Below, in pieces: positions 9,021 to 18,580 of a DNA stretch of 64,000 nucleotides. Under the pieces are notes generated by a model. It saw nothing but the letters and a program-made list of their open reading frames with translations. It was not told where the DNA came from and searched no databases. Origin of the DNA: a virus (Duplodnaviria; Heunggongvirae; Uroviricota; Caudoviricetes). Position 1 is the first letter of the stretch. Each line of letters opens with the position of its first letter. A program made the position numbers and the translations under genes. Location of the stretch: positions 128,001-192,000 of the IMG/VR virus record IMGVR_UViG_3300009709_000002; one strand, given 5' to 3'.

Positions 9021-9194
9021 TCACCCGTGGCTTGTTTGCTCGTATAGCTCTGCATTTGACACATTATGTGATCCTCTAATTGCTGATGTAAGTTGTGTCT
9101 TCAGCTCATAATTCTCTCTCACGAGATCATTGATAACTTGTTGTGCTGTCGACAATTGCTTTTCAAGAGTTTTTACTACGTGGCCTGTTGACAT
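9021..9194 (-). CDS. Small coiled-coil protein (57 aa; not in ORF track)
   Basis: TAAGGAGG SD and late promoter at 9223; MSTGHVVKTLEKQLSTAQQVINDLVRENYELK... Confidence 0.65.
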   Translation of the reverse strand: MSTGHVVKTLEKQLSTAQQVINDLVRENYELKTQLTSAIRGSHNVSNAELYEQTSHG

Positions 9195-9242
9195 TGCAGA
9201 ACCCTCCTTACGATCATGAACCTATTTATGGCCCACTTTCAA

Positions 9243-9911
9243 CTAGATACCTAAAGCCTCCGCAATTTGCTTGAGATCACGAACTTCTTGCGGGTGCTTT
9301 TCAAGCTTGTACGACCAATAATCTACACCAATTTGCTTCATCAAAAGCTGTCGTTCAGAGACAGAGTGACCAGACAGCCACTCCTTGAATTTCTTCGAAC
9401 AGAACAAAAGCCATGGTGAAAGCTTTCTTTGCTGAATGAGCTCCAACATTTCACCGAAGGCTAACTTTGGAAAGACGTCAGAAGTTGGAACTTCAAAGAT
9501 CTCGGACAGTGTCAACATAGTTTCAACCGAGATATTTGCCTGCTCCATCGGAGATGACTTTTTGTCATGCCACTCCAAATACCGCTTGTAAGCCTCCGGG
9601 TGATGCCAAAGATTAGGTTGAAGCTTCTCAGACACCATCAACTTCACATACGCCTTTGAATCAGCGATCTGTAGATCACGACAGTATTGTGCGAACTTCA
9701 TGAACGCCGTGTAGTAGCTTGACGTCATGAAGGTTTCGATTGGTGGTGCTTTACGGCGCTGAGATTCTAACCAGTGGCTATACAATCCATAAGCGGCTCG
9801 ACCGACAGGAGTTTGAATCTCCTTCGTTCGAACCATCTCCTTACATTCATGCCTCAGGTACGCTTTTTCCGTTGCGATTTTCCTGCTGCAGTATTTGCAC
9901 TCGAAGCTCAC
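9243..9911 (-). CDS. Zinc-finger protein
   Basis: N-terminal FECKYCSRK...YLRHEC. Confidence 0.65.
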   Translation of the reverse strand: MSFECKYCSRKIATEKAYLRHECKEMVRTKEIQTPVGRAAYGLYSHWLESQRRKAPPIETFMTSSYYTAFMKFAQYCRDLQIADSKAYVKLMVSEKLQPNLWHHPEAYKRYLEWHDKKSSPMEQANISVETMLTLSEIFEVPTSDVFPKLAFGEMLELIQQRKLSPWLLFCSKKFKEWLSGHSVSERQLLMKQIGVDYWSYKLEKHPQEVRDLKQIAEALGI

Positions 9912-10393
9912 TTGATTTCCGATCGTTTGTCTAAATTCATTTTAATCCAATCAGAAACGGATGTGAATTTATGCAAAGACCAAATGTTGATTGCTACCTT
10001 TGGTGGGTGAATGCCATGGTCAGAAAGCATTCTAGCTGCGACTTTTCCGCTCAAACCGAGCTTGTGCATGCCAGAAATCGCCTCATTGTACCCATCTTGT
10101 GGTTGACATGCGAGCATTGCGTCTTGATAGATATCTGAGGGCGCGAGGTGCAAGTCATATACGTAGTCTGGAAGTCGACGTTCTTCTTCACGCACGGTCT
10201 TGTAGAAAATGGCGACCATAGTGATGATGCCACGTTCATTGAAGTGGAACGTACGCCCGTCCTGAGTGTAGACTGCTCGAGGCAGTAGATTCTTCATGTA
10301 CGGCTTTTCAATCGCCGTAGCGTACATCAGCGCAAAATCTTCATCTGTAAATTTCATAGTCCTTTTAGCCTCAAATGACACTGGATGTTTCAC
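9908..10393 (-). CDS. Hypothetical protein
   Basis: ORF coupled to the clamp loader genes. Confidence 0.55.
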   Translation of the reverse strand: MKHPVSFEAKRTMKFTDEDFALMYATAIEKPYMKNLLPRAVYTQDGRTFHFNERGIITMVAIFYKTVREEERRLPDYVYDLHLAPSDIYQDAMLACQPQDGYNEAISGMHKLGLSGKVAARMLSDHGIHPPKVAINIWSLHKFTSVSDWIKMNLDKRSEIK

Positions 10394-10863
10394 TTGAGAC
10401 CAAGCTCCTTCTTCAGTGCTTTGATTTCATCAGGTTGCCAACCAAGATCTTCACCCATCTCGAGAATGTCTTGCGGAGAATACAGTCTCATCGCTTCGAT
10501 GGCGTGACGCTCACTTTCCTTCGTGTATTCCTTCACAGCCTGAAGTGAAAGTTTGGTGCCTGCTTTCTTGAGCGTTTTGTGATTCTGCCACTTGTACCGC
10601 TTCACTCCACCTTGTGAGCTGACGGTGAGAAGCTTCAACATCAGCTCCTTGTGATCATTACCTACGCTGAACAGCAGAGTGTTGACGATGCGGTTCAAGA
10701 AGATCAGCTGCTTGTCATTGTTCGTGCCGGTCATCCAGCGAAGAAGCATATAAGGAGAAACCTCCTTGATTTGATCTTCACTGAGAGTGTCCCAGATCGA
10801 GTAGTCTTTCTGATCGATCCGAGCCAACACTTCGAACATGTCTAAGGCTCGTTCTTTTGCCAT
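10390..10863 (-). CDS. Clamp loader small subunit (gp62-like)
   Basis: 157 aa, SPYMLLRWM and KRYKW motifs, coupled to gp44. Confidence 0.7.
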   Translation of the reverse strand: MAKERALDMFEVLARIDQKDYSIWDTLSEDQIKEVSPYMLLRWMTGTNNDKQLIFLNRIVNTLLFSVGNDHKELMLKLLTVSSQGGVKRYKWQNHKTLKKAGTKLSLQAVKEYTKESERHAIEAMRLYSPQDILEMGEDLGWQPDEIKALKKELGLK

Positions 10864-11810
10864 TACTTAGTCAATGCCTTCTTAAGGTGAATGCACATTT
10901 CTTCAAAGTTCAGCTGCGGAATAGCAACGAACGCATGACGATACATCGCCTGCGAGATTTGTAGAAGTGCTGCATCGAGAGCTTCAATGGAATTGCACTG
11001 AGGAAACTCGTGGACGTGTTGGTACATGATCTCATATACGTCATTGAATTGCTCGCCAGAGACTTCAGTCTTCACGAATTCACGGAGGCCTTGGATGTTA
11101 CCAGCTACGATCAGCTCTTGAATCTTGAACTGATAGTCAGCGATCGAATTGGCCGAACCAGGAGGTTGGAGCCTGCCGTCCTTCGTATTTTCCTCGAGAC
11201 GGTCAATGATCTTGCGAATGTCTGGGTGCGATTCTTCGATGTAGGTGTTGAGGTTGATCAACGCATCGTCATCGATCTCTACGCCTTCAGCCAAGAGAAT
11301 TTCAACGCAACGCATCAGAATCGCTTCCTTGTCCGGCGCCTTGAAGAAATATTGACGCATGCGAGACTTGATCGCCGGCATGATCTTGTTGGCGTAGTTA
11401 CAAGTTCCAATGAATCGGCAGGTATCGGAGTTCTTTTCAAGAACTTCACGAAGTACGCCCTGTGCGTTCAGCGATAGATAATCCATCTCCTGAAGGCTGA
11501 TGATCTTGAAGGGGCTTGAGAAAGCGAATGATTCGGCGAACGGAAGAATCGTGTTTCGAACGAACTCAACGCTGTTGTCATCAGACGCATTGACGTGGAG
11601 AACGTCAGAGTCTTCGACACCAAGCGAACGGATGAGAATTTCTGTGATGGAAGTTTTACCAGCGCCTTGACTACCAGACAACAGCAAGTGTGGCAGATTG
11701 CCCGACTCGATGATCTCGCTTAGCTTTGCTTTATGCTCTGCATTCTCGAAGATGTATTCATCGATGGTATTCGGACGATACTTTTCTGTCCACAGTTTTT
11801 TGATTGCCAT
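10863..11810 (-). CDS. Clamp loader large subunit (gp44/RFC)
   Basis: LWTEKYRP, GSQGAGKT, NASDD, SRM; Walker B reads LQEMD. Confidence 0.93.
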   Translation of the reverse strand: MAIKKLWTEKYRPNTIDEYIFENAEHKAKLSEIIESGNLPHLLLSGSQGAGKTSITEILIRSLGVEDSDVLHVNASDDNSVEFVRNTILPFAESFAFSSPFKIISLQEMDYLSLNAQGVLREVLEKNSDTCRFIGTCNYANKIMPAIKSRMRQYFFKAPDKEAILMRCVEILLAEGVEIDDDALINLNTYIEESHPDIRKIIDRLEENTKDGRLQPPGSANSIADYQFKIQELIVAGNIQGLREFVKTEVSGEQFNDVYEIMYQHVHEFPQCNSIEALDAALLQISQAMYRHAFVAIPQLNFEEMCIHLKKALTK

Positions 11811-11846
11811 ATGATATGCCTTTAAAGGGTGAGTTCAGGTTCATTC

Positions 11847-11876
11847 ATTATAACCATCCTCATTATGCCTGTATAT
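11847..11876 (-). promoter_or_regulatory. Sigma70-type promoter
   Basis: ATATAC-N18-TATAAT. Confidence 0.6.
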
Positions 11877-11883
11877 TTTACAA

Positions 11884-11905
11884 CAAAGGCGCCGAAGCGC
11901 CTTTG
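11884..11905 (-). terminator. Terminator hairpin
   Basis: CAAAGGCG-CTTCGG-CGCCTTTG. Confidence 0.6.
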
Positions 11906-11922
11906 CATGGATTTGCTACTAC

Positions 11923-13248
11923 TTATTCGTAGATCGCTCTTTGCATCGAAATGTCACTAGTTGGCTGAATATCAAGCAAAGGGTCATCAGTTAAGACGAT
12001 TTTGCTCAAAATTGCTGGGTCTACAATGAATTCGCCAGAGTCAATTGCCTCATGGATAATATCCTCAGCAGGTGGAATTTCTTCTACTGCATCTGGAATT
12101 GGCTCTGGATCAAGAGTTACTACAGGAAGAGGCTCAGTGACTTGAATTGGAGCTTCAACGTTTTCTACAACTTCCCCTACGAGCCTTGGATTTTCCAGGC
12201 TCGATCGTCTTACTTCTTCAACCTGAAGTGCTGGCGTATGGTATTGCGGCGACAATGGAGAGTAGGTTGGGAATGAAACTCCCTTCATTCCCTCTGGGTC
12301 AGGATATTTGAATGGATACGTCTGAACCGGAGTTGGTGAAACAACCACCACATTATCAGGTTGAGCCGTCGTAGTTATCTCTACGACTGGTTGAACTGTC
12401 GGTGGTTCAACCGGCTCTGCGATGACCATTTCATCATGCACTGCCGTTGATGTCAACTCCATTTCTACTAGCGGCCGATCTTCAATCACTTGAGCTAAAG
12501 CTGCAACTGGCGGTGTAGTCACCTTCAGCTTTCGATGTTTCTCGAGTGTGAAGTTACCAGCCAAGATAAGCATGATAGCAAGTGGATCAAACACCGAGAT
12601 AATGACGGAGATGATGTACTTACTCGCTTGCTCCATCGTGACGCTAAATGCTTGCGCAATGTAGGCGATAGGGCCAATTTCAACCTGATTGCTAATATCA
12701 GATGTTTGAAGTCCTAGCTGAGCTGTTTTTAGTTGATCAAGCTTCGCCTGATCATCTTTCGATCTTGCGTCGATTCGATCATAGTCTGGCTTAAATGAAG
12801 CCAATAACCGCTGTCGGTCTCGAACTCGATTCGCTGGCAATTGTGCAACCTGGGCGTCAAGCTTCGAGCGCTGGTCAGCCAATTGCGTTAGTTCTGTTTG
12901 GAGTGAGTCTACTTGCGACTTAGAAGCATCAAGCTTTAAGTTCAGCTCTTTGTTCGGCTGCACAGCCTTTTGGAAAGCATTCGATAGATAACCGAAAGCG
13001 CCAGAGGAAGTAATCGTCATCAGAACAATGACGGCAGCTAGGAAGTAAAGCTTCATCGCTAGCTTGATCTCGCCCCAGTTTTTATACAGGAATGAGACGG
13101 ACGTCACTTTAGCGACGTCCAGAATGACAGCCATCACCATAATGACCATGTTCCCAGCGAACAACGAAGACAGTCCGACAACCGAGATGTACGAACCGAT
13201 CGCTTCCATGAGTAGCGCGGTGAGAAAAATGATGGATGTGAAGATCAT
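11923..13248 (-). CDS. Membrane protein: 3 N-terminal TM helices, coiled coil, fourth TM, Pro/acidic tail
   Basis: Hydrophobic helices, heptad region, FDPLAIMLILA. Confidence 0.7.
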   Translation of the reverse strand: MIFTSIIFLTALLMEAIGSYISVVGLSSLFAGNMVIMVMAVILDVAKVTSVSFLYKNWGEIKLAMKLYFLAAVIVLMTITSSGAFGYLSNAFQKAVQPNKELNLKLDASKSQVDSLQTELTQLADQRSKLDAQVAQLPANRVRDRQRLLASFKPDYDRIDARSKDDQAKLDQLKTAQLGLQTSDISNQVEIGPIAYIAQAFSVTMEQASKYIISVIISVFDPLAIMLILAGNFTLEKHRKLKVTTPPVAALAQVIEDRPLVEMELTSTAVHDEMVIAEPVEPPTVQPVVEITTTAQPDNVVVVSPTPVQTYPFKYPDPEGMKGVSFPTYSPLSPQYHTPALQVEEVRRSSLENPRLVGEVVENVEAPIQVTEPLPVVTLDPEPIPDAVEEIPPAEDIIHEAIDSGEFIVDPAILSKIVLTDDPLLDIQPTSDISMQRAIYE

Positions 13249-13257
13249 GTAGGTCTC

Positions 13258-13569
13258 TTAGAAGTAGCTCTTATACGGCTTGTCAGAAACTACAATGGCC
13301 TTCTCGTCATCGGTCTTCCAAAAACGTTCATCTTTGATCTTAAACGCTTGGGTCCACATACCAGGCTCGATGAGAATGTACTCACCGACCGAAATGTCTT
13401 TGACATTAGGGCCGATGTGAGTTACTTTCCCCCAACGAGGAATGTTAGCTTGCGCGTTCGATGAGTGCGCGATTAGAATGCCAGCGGTGGTGCTGTTGGC
13501 AAACTTGCTGTTCGTAGTGTCATCCACGAACTGGAAGAATACATTATTCTCGAACGGTTGAACGTTCAT
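13258..13569 (-). CDS. GroES-like co-chaperonin (divergent copy)
   Basis: QPFENNV, AGILI, WGKVTHIGP, VGEYILI pattern. Confidence 0.7.
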   Translation of the reverse strand: MNVQPFENNVFFQFVDDTTNSKFANSTTAGILIAHSSNAQANIPRWGKVTHIGPNVKDISVGEYILIEPGMWTQAFKIKDERFWKTDDEKAIVVSDKPYKSYF

Positions 13570-13600
13570 ATTTCCTATCTCCTATGAGTTTGGTGGAAGC

Positions 13601-14239
13601 TTAAGCCAGCTTAGCCGAGGCTTTGATACGTTTGAGCTTGGAGTCGTAACCTCGAGCCCAGGTAGTGAAGGACTTCTTGAGAGCCTTAAACTTATCCGTG
13701 AAGATCTTTAACAGATTCTTCACAGCAGCTTCATCGAGAATTTCAACCGATTCTGCTACGTCTTTCTTCACATCTTTAATCGTCAGCGCAGATGACTTCG
13801 GATTGCCAAGGGCACCAGGAATGGTGAATTCCTTGATCAACTCATTGCCCTTTTCTACGAGCTCTGGCATCAGTTCAAGAAGCTTCTTGAAAGCCGCTTC
13901 ATAGTCGACTTTGTCTTCACCGCGTTTTGCAACAGACGCTTTGGAAAGCTGAAGCGTAGCTGAAGCAGTTTCAATGACGCGGGTGACGTAGATTTCTTCA
14001 GCGTCGAAGAGATCTTCAGCCTTTTCCTTCATGTCGGTGTTAAGCTTGCTACGTTGCTCACCGAGCGTTTCAATCTGCTCTTCAATCTTCACATACTCTT
14101 TGATGAGCTTGGTGAAGGTGCCAGATTCCGTACCAGACAGGGCAACAGTTACCTTGTCCAGCTTGTCCTTGACTTTCTTCTCTTGATACACCAGGTCTTG
14201 GCGACGAGCTTCAGCAAGGTAATGTTCCAGTTCTTTCAT
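13601..14239 (-). CDS. Hypothetical helical protein, possible internal head protein
   Basis: Probable start MKELEHYLAE-A resembles a T4 capsid-targeting/cleavage peptide. Confidence 0.5.
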   Translation of the reverse strand: MKELEHYLAEARRQDLVYQEKKVKDKLDKVTVALSGTESGTFTKLIKEYVKIEEQIETLGEQRSKLNTDMKEKAEDLFDAEEIYVTRVIETASATLQLSKASVAKRGEDKVDYEAAFKKLLELMPELVEKGNELIKEFTIPGALGNPKSSALTIKDVKKDVAESVEILDEAAVKNLLKIFTDKFKALKKSFTTWARGYDSKLKRIKASAKLA

Positions 14240-14255
14240 GAGGTTCTCTACGTGG

Positions 14256-14585
14256 TTATTTCTTGCTCTTCTTAGCTGCAGCTTGCTGTTCAGCGTCAAT
14301 CAACGTGGATTCGAGCTGTTTTTCAATCTGCTCAGACGAAGTTTGTTCGCCTGCGTGAAGGTTAGCAATTCGTTGTGCTTCCGCTGCTGCGTAAGCTGCT
14401 ACCGCTGCATCCGCTTCTGCCTGCGCAGATTCACGGACTGACTTAGCTTTCGATTCTTTCGAATCGATGAACTGTTTGCGACGGGCTACTTCGATGTTCA
14501 TTGGAGCTTGAGCGAGCTGCTGCTTGATCAGAATCGTATCAAAGTCAACAACTTTGCCGCGCGCTGTGCGAACTAGTCTTGGCAT
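14256..14585 (-). CDS. Hypothetical protein
   Basis: AGGAG SD; 109 aa. Confidence 0.65.
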   Translation of the reverse strand: MPRLVRTARGKVVDFDTILIKQQLAQAPMNIEVARRKQFIDSKESKAKSVRESAQAEADAAVAAYAAAEAQRIANLHAGEQTSSEQIEKQLESTLIDAEQQAAAKKSKK

Positions 14586-14612
14586 TTCTATTATCTCCTA
14601 GGAGGATGTGTG

Positions 14613-15176
14613 TTAATCTGGTCGTATGAAGTCTGTAATTTCGATTTCGTACAAGACCGGGTCTACATCATGCAAACCTAGAAGGTAAAGAAGATAGCTT
14701 GAGCACGAACTACCACGACCGACACCCCAAACGATGTTCTGCTTTTCAAACTCAGCGAGAACGTAGATCAGTGTGCGGAGAACTGGATAAAGATTGAGGT
14801 CCCTGAAGAGGGTTATCTCCAGCTCAAACCTAGCCAACCGCGCGTCATACAAAGCGTCTTTCTCAACCTTCTCGATCAACCCGATCAGGTATTCATCAAC
14901 GTCTAAGTATTTATAGTGGTCTGGCAGGGTCCAGCTAGGTGGGAAAATGTTTGGAGTGAGCTCGGTCTTGACACCGATCTTCACATCAGAGAATTGATTG
15001 AACTGCCGGAGCTCCGGCGTCATTGAGGTAACTGCTAACTTATTTATCGGCAGTCCCTTGACGATCATGCTTTGAAGCTTGTCTGGTTCGACAACGCTTA
15101 CGCCATCGAACCAGAGCACACGGTCAGACAGTTGCGAGTTCACCAGCCTTGGCCTCGTACTCTGCAGTTTCGACAC
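14613..15176 (-). CDS. dnaE: DNA polymerase III alpha (DnaE)-like, N-terminal palm fragment of a split enzyme
   Basis: GVGRGSSCSSYLLYLLGLHDVDPVLYEIEITDFIRPD matches DnaE [37 protein letters not shown]. Confidence 0.85.
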   Translation of the reverse strand: MSKLQSTRPRLVNSQLSDRVLWFDGVSVVEPDKLQSMIVKGLPINKLAVTSMTPELRQFNQFSDVKIGVKTELTPNIFPPSWTLPDHYKYLDVDEYLIGLIEKVEKDALYDARLARFELEITLFRDLNLYPVLRTLIYVLAEFEKQNIVWGVGRGSSCSSYLLYLLGLHDVDPVLYEIEITDFIRPD

Positions 15177-15384
15177 GCGTTGCCCATTCGGCGAGCTTGC
15201 CTTCGATGGTGCGCGGGATCGAATCGTACTTCGGATCAGCGAAGAAGAAAATGTCCCAGCGGCCTGTCGCCTTGAACTTCACGTAGGCAGCACGGTGCTC
15301 CTTATTCGTCGGATCGAAGTTCACGCGGGTTTGGCGTTGCAGGTTGCCTGCGAAAACGAAAGATGCGTGATCTACGCTGCTCAT
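15124..15384 (-). CDS. Hypothetical protein
   Basis: AAGGAG SD; coupled to the dCMP deaminase gene. Confidence 0.6.
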   Translation of the reverse strand: MSSVDHASFVFAGNLQRQTRVNFDPTNKEHRAAYVKFKATGRWDIFFFADPKYDSIPRTIEGKLAEWATRVETAEYEAKAGELATV

Positions 15385-15824
15385 GGTGTTTCTCCTTTTA
15401 AGTGATCGACTACAATGCCAGCCCGTCTTAGAAGATCTACCCCAGATGTATCACGATATTGCCTACGATAGACCACCCTGACAATCTTCGCCTGGATGAT
15501 TAGTTTCGCACAATTCTCACACGGTGAGTCAGTGCAATACATCGTAGAGCCTTCGCTATTACCGCTTCCACAAGCCAACTTCATTAAGGCATTGCTTTCA
15601 GCGTGGAGACCGATTGGGTTTGTCTTAACTCCACCAGCTCCGTCATCCAGTTCTAGCTCCTCATGCGGAAACCCAGACGGCATACCATTGTAGCCGTCAG
15701 AAATGATGCACTTGTCTTTGACGACGAGAGCACCAACCTTGAGACGAGTAGCGTATGAACGTTTGGCCCAAACCTCAGCCATTTGCATGTACGCTTCGTC
15801 AAGTTCAATTCGATTATATTCCAT
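15381..15824 (-). CDS. dCMP deaminase
   Basis: VGALVV, GYNG, HAESNA, SPCENC zinc motifs. Confidence 0.92.
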   Translation of the reverse strand: MEYNRIELDEAYMQMAEVWAKRSYATRLKVGALVVKDKCIISDGYNGMPSGFPHEELELDDGAGGVKTNPIGLHAESNALMKLACGSGNSEGSTMYCTDSPCENCAKLIIQAKIVRVVYRRQYRDTSGVDLLRRAGIVVDHLKGETP

Positions 15825-15830
15825 TCCATA

Positions 15831-15860
15831 ATTCTAAACCATCATGGAACGGAGGTAAAT
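15831..15860 (-). promoter_or_regulatory. Sigma70-type promoter, predicted leaderless transcript
   Basis: ATTTAC-N18-TAGAAT, then 6 nt, then the ATG at 15824. Confidence 0.65.
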
Positions 15861-15861
15861 T

Positions 15862-16164
15862 TTAGAGCTTATCGGCAAACAGCTTGGCGATCACCATCGG
15901 CTCGGCGTTGTCGAACAGCAGCTTGTGCGGCGTGTCGATGACGACCTTCTCATCTTCGCTTTCATAGCGCCACGTTTCAGCCGGCCAGTTCATGTGAAAT
16001 CGACCGAGCGGTTTGCCATCAGCGTCGGTGCAGTTGCCCGAAGAATCAATCTGCATCAGCAGGTTGCCGCGGCCATCGCGGTAGTACGCGGTGTCGGTGT
16101 CAAGGTCCATTTCTTGCTTGAAACGCTTACCATCGATGATCACCAGCTTTTCATATTGCGACAT
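15862..16164 (-). CDS. Hypothetical protein
   Basis: AAGGAG SD; 100 aa. Confidence 0.6.
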   Translation of the reverse strand: MSQYEKLVIIDGKRFKQEMDLDTDTAYYRDGRGNLLMQIDSSGNCTDADGKPLGRFHMNWPAETWRYESEDEKVVIDTPHKLLFDNAEPMVIAKLFADKL

Positions 16165-16167
16165 TGA

Positions 16168-16743
16168 TTACACTCCTTGTACGTATCCACGGAAAGTCAA
16201 GCTGATTCGTTCACCGCACATGAAGCTAGCCTTCGGAATGCGGTGCATGTGGGTGTCTTGCATCCCGGCGTGCATGATGGCGAAGCTGCCATGCGCCAAG
16301 TTCAGCACGGTTTTCTCACTCAGGTTGCCGATCTCAGCGAACCAGATGTCACGAGCTACCCCGAAGGAGATGATGACAATCGGTCGTCCATCGTCCATCT
16401 CAGGGGAGTCGTCAGAATGCCAGCCTAGATGGTCGGACTGGTCCTTGTAGTAGTTGAGGAAGCAGACTTCAAAGTTCACGCCTGCTATCAGCTCGGCCAT
16501 GCCACGGAGCCGAAGCAGAGTGTCAGTCCACGGCTGCGCGTTGTAGGTGCGGGCGAAATCTTTCGAGCCGTAAGTGTACGGGACGCCGAAGTCATTGCAG
16601 TAGTACTCCGAGCGAGGCGTCTTATCAATGCGCACCCAATCGAGCTCTTCCTTCAATGTCTTGAAGTAGTGGTCCGAGCGCGGAATGCAGCCCGGAATGT
16701 AGGTGACTGGAACGCAGTCCAGCTCTTTTCTGATTATTGCCAT
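16168..16743 (-). CDS. AlkB-family 2OG-Fe(II) dioxygenase
   Basis: LNYY, GWHSDD (HxD), HRIPK, RISLTFR; start moved to MAIIRK at 16743. Confidence 0.9.
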   Translation of the reverse strand: MAIIRKELDCVPVTYIPGCIPRSDHYFKTLKEELDWVRIDKTPRSEYYCNDFGVPYTYGSKDFARTYNAQPWTDTLLRLRGMAELIAGVNFEVCFLNYYKDQSDHLGWHSDDSPEMDDGRPIVIISFGVARDIWFAEIGNLSEKTVLNLAHGSFAIMHAGMQDTHMHRIPKASFMCGERISLTFRGYVQGV

Positions 16744-16783
16744 TTTCTTCTCCGAGAAGGGAGGCTCCGGCCTCCCACCTTGC

Positions 16784-17884
16784 TTAGTGGCTGTCCAACA
16801 GCGAGAACAGTGCGAGGCGCTTCCAATCCGAGACCGACGGGTCCTTGCGGATCGAGATGACATCCATCAACGAACGGAAGTTGATGTTGGAAGTCAGATC
16901 CTTGTACTCGTCGAGCAGGTTGAGAGCGTCGTGCTTGAGTTCGAGCGCTACATCAGACATAACTTCGCCGATGACGTGGCGCATACGTTCGATCCGCTGC
17001 TCGTTGGTCATCGAAACATCGACCTTGTGGCAGCGAGTGCGAACTGCTTCATCGACCTTGCGAACGTTCATGTTCGAAATGAAGATGATCGACCCAGTGA
17101 AGAGGAATGCGGTCGGCGCCGACGAACGATTCATCGCAGCCGAGGACGTATTCCAAGTTACCCAGCGTTCATCATACGTATCGAGCGCTGCCTTCAGCAG
17201 GTTGACTGCCGTGCCATCCTTGAGCACCGAATCGCAATCATCGAAGATGATGATTTTGTCGCGGTAGGTGTACAAGAACTCGTAAAGCCCGGCGGCAGAG
17301 GAGTAACCCTTCATGATGACGAAATCACCAGGTTCGAAGTGCTCCTTGACGGTTTCTTCGACGCGGTTGTCTTGAACTTCACGAGTTTCGTCTTCGGTTT
17401 CGACTTCCTCTTCTTCCTCTTCAGCGATCTCAGTCGTTTCACGAACCGGCTTGATTTTCTCCGGCTTCGGAGCCTTCTTTACGTCGATCTTGCCGGCCGC
17501 TGCCAATTCACCGAGAACCGTGTGGGTCTTACCGACACCACCTTCGCCGGTCAGCAGCACCGAGCGAGCGTTCTTGTTGATGACCATCTTGATCAGATCG
17601 GCCAACATTTCGAAGCGTTCGTTGATGGTGAAGGTCGGGCGGAGAGCTCGAATGATAGGACGGAAGGAATCATTTGCAGCCATCTCGATGACCGGGCCAT
17701 CCGCCGGCTTCCTGGAGATGATTTCCACCTTGGTGATTCCGTGCATGCGGACTTTCTGGTTCGCTTGGTCACGAACGAGATATTCCAGGTAGTCCAACTT
17801 CTTAGACTTAACGAGTGTATTCCCGTTGTAGTTCAAGTGGTACTTGTCGGATTCCTCATGCCAGAGAATTTGTGCAACTGACAT
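16784..17884 (-). CDS. AAA+ ATPase with an acidic insertion
   Basis: GEGGVGKT, IIIFDDCD, FISN, RTRC. Confidence 0.8.
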   Translation of the reverse strand: MSVAQILWHEESDKYHLNYNGNTLVKSKKLDYLEYLVRDQANQKVRMHGITKVEIISRKPADGPVIEMAANDSFRPIIRALRPTFTINERFEMLADLIKMVINKNARSVLLTGEGGVGKTHTVLGELAAAGKIDVKKAPKPEKIKPVRETTEIAEEEEEEVETEDETREVQDNRVEETVKEHFEPGDFVIMKGYSSAAGLYEFLYTYRDKIIIFDDCDSVLKDGTAVNLLKAALDTYDERWVTWNTSSAAMNRSSAPTAFLFTGSIIFISNMNVRKVDEAVRTRCHKVDVSMTNEQRIERMRHVIGEVMSDVALELKHDALNLLDEYKDLTSNINFRSLMDVISIRKDPSVSDWKRLALFSLLDSH

Positions 17885-17921
17885 TTTAACTCCAAGGTGG
17901 TTGTTGATTTACGATAGAATA

Positions 17922-17951
17922 ATTATAACATCAACCAATCTCGGAGTAAAC
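17922..17951 (-). promoter_or_regulatory. Sigma70-type promoter
   Basis: GTTTAC-N18-TATAAT. Confidence 0.75.
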
Positions 17952-17975
17952 AGGTTTGTGGAGATTTTGAGCTTT

Positions 17976-18299
17976 TCAGCTTAGATATGCTTCAATGTAA
18001 CTTTCTAGCGTAGATTTTGTAACCACGCCAGACTTACGTCCGAGTTCTTCACCATTGCTCAGAAGAACTAGAGTAGGAATTCCGCGAACGCCATACTTCT
18101 GAGCGGAACCTTCAAGAGCGTCAGTGTCGACCTTGATGATCTGCACGCGGTCACCCATCGACTTATCGACTTGATCAAGCACAGGAGCGATCGCCTTGCA
18201 AGGGCCGCACCAGTTTGCGTAGAAGTCAAGGAGAACTGGAATTTCAGAGGTTTCTACCAGCGTTGAAAGTTCATCACCGGTTGTTGGAGAAATAATCAT
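17976..18299 (-). CDS. trxA: Thioredoxin
   Basis: DFYANWCGPCK, VRGIPTL. Confidence 0.95.
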   Translation of the reverse strand: MIISPTTGDELSTLVETSEIPVLLDFYANWCGPCKAIAPVLDQVDKSMGDRVQIIKVDTDALEGSAQKYGVRGIPTLVLLSNGEELGRKSGVVTKSTLESYIEAYLS

Positions 18300-18355
18300 G
18301 ATGTGAAATTGCGAAAAGAGGTTGCTTTACTACTGGGCGAGTATTTATGGTGATG

Positions 18356-18580
18356 TTAGGAAAACAGCGTCCTGCCTGTCTGATCAACCATCGTTACGTG
18401 GTTGATCAGCTGCCCATTGTACTCTCCACCAGCAAGTGCTATCTCGCTAAGCTGATGTAGAAAATCTGCGGCCTCGGTGAAGGTGCTAAAAGCTTGCGAT
18501 GTTCCTTGCAGGAACTTTCCTGCGCCATGCGCGTCTGGATAGAGCCATAGCACATAGTAGTCGATGATAGTGTCAGTCAT
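18356..18580 (-). CDS. Hypothetical protein
   Basis: 74-aa ORF overlapping the upstream stop. Confidence 0.5.
   Translation of the reverse strand: MTDTIIDYYVLWLYPDAHGAGKFLQGTSQAFSTFTEAADFLHQLSEIALAGGEYNGQLINHVTMVDQTGRTLFS

Noticed and set aside
8949-9023. UGA readthrough or selenocysteine extension of the 57-aa ORF
   Set aside because: The extension is only 23 codons with no redox motif, and the downstream hairpin is not a convincing SECIS.
4650-9242. tmRNA or tRNA genes near smpB
   Set aside because: No acceptor stem/T-arm/CCA pattern was found by eye in any intergenic gap, and most gaps are too short.
8304-15176. Split intein or frameshifted pseudogene explanation for the DnaE halves
   Set aside because: No Cys/Ser-start or His-Asn intein ends; the halves are separated by nine intact ORFs and both keep catalytic motifs.
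16168-16743. The 2OG-Fe dioxygenase as a TET/JBP 5mC oxidase for the modification pathway
   Set aside because: Motifs (LNYY, WHSDD, RISLTFR) are typical of AlkB repair enzymes; it is 10 kb from the cluster and lacks the LLxF tail.
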